64,000 nt of DNA from Eledone cirrhosa. Lineage: Eukaryota. Where the stretch lies: positions 283,650,001 through 283,714,000 of the forward strand of contig OZ024743.1 in assembly GCA_964016885.1 (NCBI GenBank). Reading direction: 5' to 3'. The translations under genes and the position numbers were made by a program. Positions 1 through 24,108 of the stretch are shown here, piece by piece. Under the pieces are notes generated by a model. The model was not told where the DNA came from. It saw only the letters and a list, made by a program, of their open reading frames with translations, and searched no databases. Position 1 is the first letter of the stretch; each line of letters begins with the position of its first letter.

Positions 1-362
1 TGCCAGAATTTGAACTCAGAACGTAACTAAAAATAACTGAATAGATTTATGATCAAAGGCATTCTAATCGAACCATTTCCATCTCCTTTTTTTTTTTTTT
101 GTGGCGGAGCGGGCATGTGTTTTTCTATTTTGTTTTTTTATGGTAGAGTGATTTGAGGGGAATTTGGTTGCTATTTCTAGCAGTTCGAATGATTACACGA
201 ACACTCATTCGTTTGCTCGTGAAATCACTAGTAGTATTTATAAGATGTATTTTTAACTGTAGTAGTTTGTTTTGTTTCTTTTAATTTACTCACATTCTGT
301 TTCGATTTATTCGTTCAAAATATCAACGTTAGTTACACAATATCTGAACTTTTCGTCTCTTA

Positions 363-465
363 GCTGATTTGCATACGCGAGAGGTCACCAGTCCGTGTCA
401 CTGCTGATTTGCATATGCGAGAGGTCACCAATCCGTGTCGCTTCTCATTTGCATACGAGAGGTCA
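363..465 (+). promoter_or_regulatory. 40-bp-period tandem repeat (about 2.6 copies), each unit carrying octamer ATTTGCAT and AGGTCA
   Basis: ATTTGCAT at 367-374, 407-414 and 447-454; AGGTCA at 382-387, 422-427 and 460-465; about 100 bp upstream of ATG 560. The repeat is certain; a regulatory role is inferred. Confidence 0.5.
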
Positions 466-559
466 TGTAGCAGGCCCAAACGAGGAAACACACAACACCA
501 CGCGCAGTAGTATAGTGAGGTACGAAAGGATATGTTCTCTACGGATTTTCTCCGCTATC

Positions 560-605
560 ATGGCTAGTAACGGACACAGTGGCCCTATGAAAGTCAGACT
601 TACAG
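560..605 (+). CDS. Candidate first coding exon (MASNGHSGPMKVRLT-G, phase 1), possibly exon 1 of the PRR5-like gene
   Basis: ATG at 560 and a strong CAG|GTAGGT donor at 606, in CpG-containing promoter-like sequence. The phase fits the acceptor at 24000. No recognisable homology, and a scaffold gap separates it from the core gene. Confidence 0.35.
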
Positions 606-2039
606 GTAGGTTTCCTTATATTTTCTTCCCATCATCAAACATCTTGTTAAGATGAAGGTATTAAAGCACAAAGTAATCAGTCTAACTTACAATGTGTATA
701 TTAAGTGCCTACTACCACGCATATGTATTAAAATATGGCCGCCGCTCTTTTTTTTTATATTAGGGATAGCCTAAACTTACAACAACGAACACTTTAGTAT
801 ATTTGGGATGAAAAATTTTTAAGGGGGAATATGATGTTAATTTATTGCTAATTATTTTCTTTATTAGAAGCCAGTTCCTATTCTTATACTATATATATAC
901 CCACATATATAATATATCTATATGTTTGATGTGTGTCTACCCCAGTTTGATGGTTTTTTGAGGCTCTGAAAGAAAGTTCTTTGTGCCTTACAACTGATTC
1001 CGCTTAAATTGAATGGCTAAAAGTATTGTTTATCTTTGTGATAATATTAGTAGTAGTAATACTGACAATAAAAAGTGGTTCGGATTAGTTATTTTAAATA
1101 AATCTTGATATTTCTCTTTGGTTAAATTTAGTCATATATTTAATATTTAAATTCGTACACGCCATCGCGATTGTCTTAGGTATAATCTTCAAGAACTTTC
1201 ACACCCCTTATTCATTTCGATTGGTAATTAGATGTGAAGAGTGTGTGTGTTGGTTTAGTCATATCCATCAAGACAATCAGACTATAGAAATCACATACGT
1301 TCATCGGTGCGTGTGGACACACACGCATACACATACACACACACCTATATATATATTTATATGTATGTGTGAGCCGGCTTATATATGGTGGGGCGGGGGG
1401 GGGGAATAATGTGTGTGTGTGCCGGTATATATATATTTATGTGTGTGTGTGCCGGTATATATATATATTTATATGTGTGTGATCGAGAAGACTATAATTC
1501 AACAAACGGCTCAATGTTTAATAATTTAGCGTATTCTTATTAAGTGTGTGTGTGTGTGTGTGTGTGTTTACAAACAAGAAGGAAAAGAAAACACAGAAGT
1601 AGTGAGTTTTGTGATAACTGTAATCACACCACAATCAATGTATATAATGTATATATATCTTGTATATATATATTATATATATGTATTGTATATAATATAT
1701 ATATGTGTGTAATATATCAATTCGCTTGGGGAAACTATATATATATATGGAAGTGATGAACAGCAGCACTTTATAATAATCATAATGAAATTTTAATTAT
1801 TGCTTATATACTTGTACAGATTTTTATCACTCATGTTTCATGTCTACTTGGAATCCAGATAAATTTAGTTAGTTATTTTTCGACTTACTGTTTGTTTCTT
1901 TATTTTCATCGACTATGTTATCTATAAACTAGAATTTAGCATTGCTTTTGTAGTTTCTGGTGTTATATTGTTTAAAACTATAAATATATATTTAGTATTG
2001 TTAATCTTGTTCAAAAGTAGCCAGTTATCTATAGTTAAA

Positions 2040-2200
2040 TCAGCGAGAGAACGACCTGCTAGAAATGGTAGCTAGATTTCATTTCAAATTACACCCTACC
2101 GTTTTAAATAAAAAAGAATACGTTCGACATGATGGTCGTAGCTGGAAAGGATTTCCATCATAGGTCTGCTCGATCAAAGTTGCACTGAGACCAAAACAAC
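2040..2200 (+). mobile_element. Degenerate dispersed repeat (SINE-like family with cctgctagaaat...gcagccaaat motif)
   Basis: Related copies at about 30-220 (-), 44010-44210 (+) and 45430-45620 (+). Confidence 0.55.
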
Positions 2201-2512
2201 TGATAGATCAAGGAATGAAAGATTGCTAATATTAACTATAACGCCAGTAATACAAAATTAAAACATTAAAGATCCCTCTAAATTAACCGCAATTAGTAGT
2301 ACTTGTGGTTCAATCAATAAATGACTTCGGATCTCCATCTCGATCTCTTTCTCCTTCATACTTCTTAGCTTTGACTTGTTACATATTGGCAATTCTTCCC
2401 ATCATTTTAGGGGTTTTCTCTGGCTTGTTATTCTATTGCTGCCTCTACCATTATGTCTGACTGGTAACTGCTAGATTACGATGGTAGCCTTTTGTTTCCT
2501 GTGTTTGAGAAT

Positions 2513-5468
<2,956 letters not shown>

Positions 5469-5668
5469 NNNNNNNNNNNNNNNNNNNNNNNNNNNNNNNN
5501 NNNNNNNNNNNNNNNNNNNNNNNNNNNNNNNNNNNNNNNNNNNNNNNNNNNNNNNNNNNNNNNNNNNNNNNNNNNNNNNNNNNNNNNNNNNNNNNNNNNN
5601 NNNNNNNNNNNNNNNNNNNNNNNNNNNNNNNNNNNNNNNNNNNNNNNNNNNNNNNNNNNNNNNNNNNN
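5469..5668. other. Assembly gap of exactly 200 N (scaffolding join)
   Basis: Run of N of round length. Confidence 0.98.
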
Positions 5669-6987
5669 TGGCTTGTATAGCCCTCACAAGCCATTCGTCA
5701 ACGCCTAGTTTTCTAAGAGCCCACCAGATAATGGAGCGGGGGACTCTGTCGAAGGCTTTCTCCAAGTCGACAAAAGCTAAGTAGAGGGGTTTACTTTTAG
5801 CTAGGTACTTCTCCTGTAGTTGTCGTACTATGAAAAGAGCGTCTGTGGTACTTTTGCCTGACACAAACCCGAACTGCATTTCATCTAGGTCAATTCTCTC
5901 TCTGATTAGTTGCGCTATTACTCTTTCCGTGACCTTCATGACCTGGTCGATTAATTTAATGCCTCTATAGTTACTCCTATCTAGGGCGTCTCCTTTACCC
6001 TTATAACAGTTAACGATGATGCTGCTATGCCAGTCCTTCGGAACAACCCCGTTCTGTACGACTTGGTTAACTATGCGGGTGACCATGGTGTGTCCCACCG
6101 TGCCAGATGCCTTCAGCATCTCAGCAACTATTTCCGAAGGCCCAGCCGCCTTACCAGTCTTCATATCCTTGATTGCCTTACTTATTATACTCCCCTCGAC
6201 TAACACTGCTGGTCCCTCTATTGGGTCGATATGGGGGAGACTGCCTTTCTCCCAATTATTCTCCTCATTTAGAAGCCTTTCATAGTGACACTTCCAAGCT
6301 ACCTTCTTATCAGCGTCGGTGATGGCAAGTGTGCCATCGTCGTTTAGTACACACTTCTCCCCGACAATATCACGGTTTTCCTTGACGCATTGCCTAGCAA
6401 TCCTGAACACCTCACGTTTTTGGTCATCGCGTTGTAGAACATGCTTGAACTTTCTTTCCTCAGCTTCCCTTCTTGCTAAGTACACTTGTCTCCTAGCTTC
6501 CCTCCTGGCCACTTGATAGTCCTCTCTACTTCCCCCATCCCGCCATACTTTCCAAGCCTGCTTTTTGGCCTTAATTGACCCCTCCACCTTACTGTTCCAC
6601 CACCATGTTACTCTCCTCCTGCCTACAGGCCTGCTCCAGCCACAGACCTCGTCTGTCGCCAACAGCAGGTTTGCTTTCAGAAATTCCCACTCTCCCTCTA
6701 TATTGTCCGACTCTAAATGTTCTTCCTTACTGTCGAAAGCATCAAGTAATATGCTTTGAAATTTATTCCTGGCTGTGGGGTCCTTTAGCTTCCATATTTT
6801 CCTCCTGAGGATAGTCCTCTTCTGTTGTCGAGTACGTCTCGTCCTGACTATGAGGTCGCTAATTATCAGTCTATGTTGGGAGGTGCATTCTTCATGGGGG
6901 AGGGATTTAGTGTTAACAACAGACACTCTGTCACGTCTTCTGGTAAGGATATAATCTACCTGGCTTGTGTGTTCCCCGGATCTATAG
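5669..6987 (-). mobile_element. RTE-clade LINE copy B: 5'-truncated, 3' part lost in the gap, reading frame open
   Basis: Encodes the late endonuclease/linker and early RT ([25 protein letters not shown]); about 99% identical by eye to about 16558-17876 of copy A. Confidence 0.95.
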
Positions 6988-8936
<1,949 letters not shown>

Positions 8937-9345
8937 TGGGAGAGATGACCCCTTAGCCTTTGTCAAGGCAGAATTCTAAGAGAAGGAAAACTCTGATATA
9001 ACACCTGCAACCCTGATGGTATCCAATGATGTTGACTTATTCTTCTTTTTGGTAAATATCATCTTGGTTAAGAGAGTGGGACTGGCTTTGTGCAGTGCCT
9101 TTGCTCACTATAAAAGCTTCACGGCACAGGCATTGCTTTATATCTGGAGATCTCTCTACACTTGTCGTCACATGGTACCAAAGGCCCAACACTATGTGTC
9201 AATAATTGTCACAGGTGTAGTGTTTGTACCAGAGTTTTCAAGTCGCTGGCTGGACTAAAAGTCACACTTGTTTAGCGCATCGGTAGGGGCTCTCCTACAT
9301 GGATATAAAGTAGTGGCCGTACTCGAAAACGAGTTGGCAGCCACC

Positions 9346-9682
<337 letters not shown>

Positions 9683-11215
9683 CACTGGATGCTGGATATG
9701 TGCCAGAAAACCTTCTATCCCAGTCTGTTGTCCCAGTTTTCAAAAAGGGAAACAAATCCCTTGCCGTGAATTACCGTCCAATCTCACTCACCTCTCATAT
9801 CATTAAGGTATTTGAGCGAGTGGTGAGATCGCGAATGACCCACTTCCTTGAGAGTAACAATATGCTGAACTCCAACCAGCATGGATTCCGTAATGGAAGG
9901 GATTGCCTGACGCAACTACTGCATCACTTTGATGACATTTTGAGAGCCTTGGGAGAGGGTTCCAACACTGATGTTATCTACCTTGATTTCAGCAAGGCCT
10001 TTGACAGGGTTGATCATAACATTCTACTGAGAAAGCTGTCCAATATTGGTGTCACTGGAAAGCTGCTGCAGTGGATCAAGAGCTTCCTGTCAAACAGAAC
10101 CCAACATGTTGTAGTTGAGGGAGTCAAATCAAGCCCAGCCAAAGTCAGTAGTGGAGTCCCACAAGGCACTGTGTTGGGCCCACTTCTCTTCATCATCTAT
10201 ATTAATGACATCACTGACATCATCAAACACAGCAACATTAAAATTTTCGCTGATGATTCCAAGCTCCAAAAGGTCATCAATGGCGTGGATGACCGGATAA
10301 GCCTTCAGTCAGACCTACTGGCTGTTACCCAATGGGCAGAAAAGAACATGTTACTGAACGAAGACAAATTCGAACTGATCCACTTTGGAAAAGAGGATGC
10401 TCTGAAACTCCCGTACTCCCTTCCCTCCGGGGAAACTCTCGTGGCATCTAACAACATCAGAGACTTGGGAGTAACCGTGGACAGCAACATAAGCTGGACC
10501 ACGCATATAAGCAGCAAAGTTGAGATGGCCCGCAGAATGTGTTCCTGGATCCTCAGAACCTTCCAGTCGAGAGATTCCCGCACCATTATCCTTCTCTTCT
10601 CTACTTTCGCCCGACCACACCTTGAATACTGTTGTCCACTGTGGTCTCCCCACACGAAACAAAGTATCATGAAACTTGAAGCTCCTCAAAGGGCAATCAC
10701 GAAAAAGATAGATGGCATGTCAGACCTTGACTACTGGGGTCGATTGGAAAACCTGAAACTTTACTCACTCCAACGTCGCCGTGGGCGTTATATTATCTGC
10801 ATGATGTGGAAAATGTTCCATCATCACTGCCCAAATGATGTTGGCATCGCCTTCAAGATACACTCAAGGCTTGGGCCCCGTGCTATCCGTCCCATTCAAA
10901 AATCTAAATCGCAACTCATAACAACAATACGGCACAATTATTTCACCTCAATCGGCCCTGCTCTCTTCAACATCACACCAGGACACGTCAAAACAGAAAC
11001 TGACCACACAAAATTCAAGAAGTCTTTGGACAAATTCCTCCAAGTAATCCCGGACAAACCACCCACACCCGGATATGTCTCCGCAAACAGTAATTCTCTT
11101 CTCGAATGGGCCATGGTGCCCAAATCCTGAATTGAAAGACTTCGCCAGGTGGTGCTATTAAGTTAGACATGGCCTGGGCCAATACTGGCCAAAACATTTC
11201 AAAGTTGTTCAAAGT
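9683..11215 (+). mobile_element. CR1-group non-LTR retrotransposon, 5'-truncated, RT frame open to TGA 11130
   Basis: [61 protein letters not shown]; short 3'UTR ending in a repeated ttcaaagtt tail; TA arrays on both sides. Confidence 0.92.
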
Positions 11216-15641
<4,426 letters not shown>

Positions 15642-18600
15642 TTGCTATTACGTGGACCAATCATAAAACAGAGCCCCCACGCATCACCAGTATTATTACG
15701 CGGACCAATCAGAAACCAGAGGCCTATACTATCGCTTGCCTGGTTGCCTTTCGATATATGATGGATGGATGGACTGCGGAATCCTGGAGAGTGGAGGTGA
15801 GAGAGAGAAAAATCTGGACGCTCAGCGACAATGCCAAAGATAAAGACAAATTCACCTCTTGGACGAGAATGCGAGCACTCCTCATTGTTTCGACCGCGGA
15901 CGGCTAACATAACCCCATCGCCCCCCGCCCCTCACCGCCCCCAACCCCCAAACGCAATCCAAAACTTCAGAGTTGGTACCATAAATGTAGGCACCCTAAA
16001 GGGTCGCGCTAACGAGGTTGTAGAAATGCTTGAACGTAAGGAGGTCGATGTTTGTTGTATTCAAGAGACCAGGTGGAGGGGTGGGTCTGCTAGGTTCATT
16101 GAGGGTAAAAAACGATGTTATAAGCTTTTCTGGGTGGGAAACGACGATGGGCTGGGTGGAGTAGGAATCATGGTAGCAGAAAAGTGGGCAGATAAGATAA
16201 TAGACGTAAATAGAGTGAACGACAGAATAATTAAAATACGACTTGTCCTCAATAGAACTACGGTGACAGTAATATCTGCGTACGCACCCCAATCCGGACT
16301 GCCCGGCACTATAAAAGACAGATTCTATGAGACACTGATGCTAACTACCTCCCAAATATCCGACATGACTATATAATTATCGCAGGCGACCTAAATGGTC
16401 ACGTTGGACAACATTGTGACGGCTACGACGAAATCCATGGAGGCTATGGGTTTGGTACTAGAAATGAGGAAGGCTCCAGAATCCTGGAATTCTGTGATGC
16501 AAATAACCTAACTATCTGTAACACTAACTTCAAAAAACGTGACAATCACCTGATCACCTATAGATCCGGGGAACACACAAGCCAGGTAGATTATATCCTT
16601 ACCAGAAGACGTGACAGAGTGTCTGTTGTTAACACTAAATCCCTCCCCCATGAAGAATGCACCTCCCAACATAGACTGATAATTAGCGACCTCATAGTCA
16701 GGACGAGACGTACTCGACAACAGAAGAGGACTATCCTCAGGAGGAAAATATGGAAGCTAAAGGACCCCACAGCCAGGAATAAATTTCAAAGCATATTACT
16801 TGATGCTTTCGACAGTAAGGAAGAACATTTAGAGTCGGACAATATAGAGGGAGAGTGGGAATTTCTGAAAGCAAACCTGCTGTTGGCGACAGACGAAGTC
16901 TGTGGCTGGAGCAGGCCTGTAGGCAGGAGGAGAGTAACATGGTGGTGGAACAGTAAGGTGGAGGGGTCAATTAAGGCCAAAAAGCAGGCTTGGAAAGTAT
17001 GGCGGGATGGGGGAAGTAGAGAGGACTATCAAGTGGCCAGGAGGGAAGCTAGGAGACAAGTGTACTTAGCAAGAAGGGAAGCTGAGGAAAGAAAGTTCAA
17101 GCATGTTCTACAACGCGATGACCAAAAACGTGAGGTGTTCAGGATTGCTAGGCAATGCGTCAAGGAAAACCGTGATATTGTCGGGGAGAAGTGTGTACTA
17201 AACGACGATGGCACACTTGCCATCACCGACGCTGATAAGAAGGTAGCTTGGAAGTGTCACTATGAAAGGCTACTAAATGAGGAGAATAATTGGGAGAAAG
17301 GCAGTCTCCCCCATATCGACCCAATAGAGGGACCAGCAGTGTTAGTCGAGGGGAGTATAATAAGTAAGGCAATCAAGGATATGAAGACGGGTAAGGTGGC
17401 TGGGCCTTCGGAAATAGTTGCTGAGATGCTGAAGGCATCTGGCACGGTGGGACACACCATGGTCACCCGCATAGTTAACCAAGTCGTACAGAATGGGGTT
17501 GTTCCGAAGGACTGGCATAGCAGCATCATCGTTAACTGTTATAAGGGTAAAGGAGACGCCCTCGATAGGAGTAACTATAGAGGCATTAAATTAATCGACC
17601 AGGTCATGAAGGTCACGGAAAAAGTAATAGCGCAACTAATCAGAGAGAGAATTGACCTAGATGAAATGCAGTTCGGGTTTGTGTCAGGCAAAAGTACCAC
17701 AGACGCTCTTTTCATAGTACGACAACTACAGGAGAAGTACCTAGCTAAAGGTAAACCCCTCTACTTAGCTTTTGTCGACTTGGAGAAAGCCTTCGACAGA
17801 GTCCCCCGCTCCATTATCTGGTGGGCTCTTAGAAAACTAGGCGTTGACGAATGGCTTGTGAGGGCTATACAAGCCATGTATAAAGAAACAGTCAGCAAGG
17901 TTAGAATTAACAACGAATATAGTGAAGAGTTTAGCGTAAAAGTTGGCGTCCATCAGGGCTCTGTTCTCAGCCCACTACTATTTATTATTGCCCTTCAGGC
18001 TATAACAGAGGAGTTCAAGACAGGCTGCCCATGGGAACTCCTATACGCAGATGACCTGACACTCATAGCGGAATCAATGGCCGAGCTAGAGAAGAAATTC
18101 CAAACATGGAAGCACGGCCTAGAGTCAAAAGGACTTAAAATTAACCTGGCTAAGACCAAAGTACTAGTTTGTAGGAAAGAAAACAAGGCGGCGGTCCCTT
18201 CTGGGAAATGGTCGTGCTCGGTGTGTAGGAAAGGCGTAGGTAGAAACTCCATTTTATGTCCTAAATGCAAAGTATGGGTGCATAAAAGATGTAGTGGGAT
18301 CACAGGTAAGCTAACTAAGAACATAGATTTTACATGTGGCCGGTGCTCTGGTGCAATAAGTAGCAGCAAGTGCCCACAAACTACTAGCTCTTTCAATTGC
18401 GCAGAGGGTTCTATAGAAATAGTGGACAGCTTCCGTTACCTGGGCGATAAAATCAGCAGTGGGGGAGGGTGCTCTGAAAGTACTGTAGCTAGAGTCAAAA
18501 CTGGTTGGAAAAAGTTCAGAGAGCTTATACCACTATTAGCTGCTAAAGGGTTCTCACTAAAAATGAAAGGCAGGTTGTACGATGCCTGCATACGAACAGC

Positions 18601-19393
18601 AATGCTGCATGGCAGTGAGACCTGGGCATTGTGTGCAGAGGATATACGCAGACTAGAGAGGAACGAAGCTTGCATGCTCCGCTGGATGTGTAACAGTAAT
18701 ATACGTGAACGGCAAAGCATAAACGAACTAAGGAAAAAATTAGAGATAAGAGGGATCAGATGTTGTTTACTCGAGAGAAGGCTACGTTGGTATGGACACG
18801 TGATGCGCATGAAAGTCGATAGCTGTATAACAAAGTGCAGGGCAATAAAGATAGACGGTAGTCACGGAATAGGCAGACCTAGAAAAACCTGGGACGAGCT
18901 GATAAACTCCGACATCACATACTTACACCTCTCCAAGACAATGTCACTGGACCGAGACCTTTGGCGGTACTCAGTAACAGAGAAGACCCGCCTTACCTAA
19001 ATATATAGTAAAACCTACTCCAGCCAGTAGGCATCTCTAACAAAATACACCCCGTCCCACCACCCCCGCCCCCACCCCATCCACACCACCCCGTTCTATG
19101 TAAAGTTATGTTGGTGCCGCGCCATCGAGGCCGAAACAAATGAGATCGTGTAGGTGTCACGACAAAAAAACACACAGTCCACGCTGTAATGTGGCCGTGT
19201 AGGCAACACGGTAAAAACCTCCCAGACCCACACTGTAAATGTGGTTGGTGTTAGGAAGGGCATCCAACTGTAGAAAACCTGCCAGACAGTCCTATGCGAG
19301 CAAGACAATCACTCTTGCCTCAAGTGGGACTACCCCCGTCCAAACCCATGCAAGCGTGGAACACGGACGTTAAACGTTGATGATGATGATGAT
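15642..19393 (+). mobile_element. RTE-clade LINE copy A, near full length (5'UTR, APE endonuclease, RT, 3'UTR, (GAT)n tail)
   Basis: APE motifs GTINVGTL, CIQETRW, SAYAPQ, AGDLNGHVG, VDYIL; RT motifs HQGSVLSP, LYADDL, FRYLG; C-terminal RLRWYGHV and GRPRKTW; tail gttaaacgttgatgatgatgatgat. Confidence 0.97.
15831..19000 (+). pseudogene. RTE ORF2 (endonuclease-reverse transcriptase, about 1056 aa if repaired) broken by one frameshift near 16365
   Basis: The 15831 frame stops at 16376. The frame of ORF 16619-19000 is open back to 16367 (DYIIIAGDLNGHVG), consistent with a single 1-nt deletion. Confidence 0.9.
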
Positions 19394-23775
<4,382 letters not shown>

Positions 23776-23999
23776 ATCCAATCGTGTTCTTTCTTTCTCT
23801 CGATTTTATTTGTCATATAGACAGCACTCATTAAATATTAGACATATACGGAAATGAAATTAACCGCAAGTGGTTTGTTTACAAACGCACACACACATAC
23901 ATGAGATGACATACACACATAAATTTGCTGTGCGTGTCTATATTTGTGTAAGGTTGTTGTTTCCTTTAAACCTGTTGATACGTTGGCTGTTCACTACAG

Positions 24000-24108
24000 A
24001 GTTCAGAGCCGGAAATCTATATATGGAAAATAGGATCGTGAATATGTGTAAAATGCTGGGGAATCCGGCCAGATATTGCTTGTCGTATATCCGCTTATAC
24101 TGTTTTCA
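24000..24108 (+). CDS. Candidate 5' exon of the PRR5-like gene (…FRAGNLYMENRIVNMCKMLGNPARYCLSYIRLYCF-Q; internal ATG 24023)
   Basis: Acceptor ctacag at 23998-23999 and donor CA|gtacgt at 24109; the phase 2 end fits exon 35565. CpG-retaining region with a CCGGAA (ETS-like) motif. Lacks the Trp usually found just before the HbrB domain. Confidence 0.45.

Noticed and set aside
363-465. CRISPR-like repeat array
   Set aside because: Units are adjacent near-identical tandem copies without unique spacers, in eukaryotic DNA with no cas genes. The same applies to the 48-bp units at 50391-50630.
2286-2460. Hydrophobic open frame resembling a transmembrane helix (YFLALTCYILAILPIILGVFSGLLFYCCLY)
   Set aside because: No ATG and no homology I recognise; T-rich DNA yields such peptides by chance. 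Splicing from 605 to the ttttag at 2410 would give only a tiny product.
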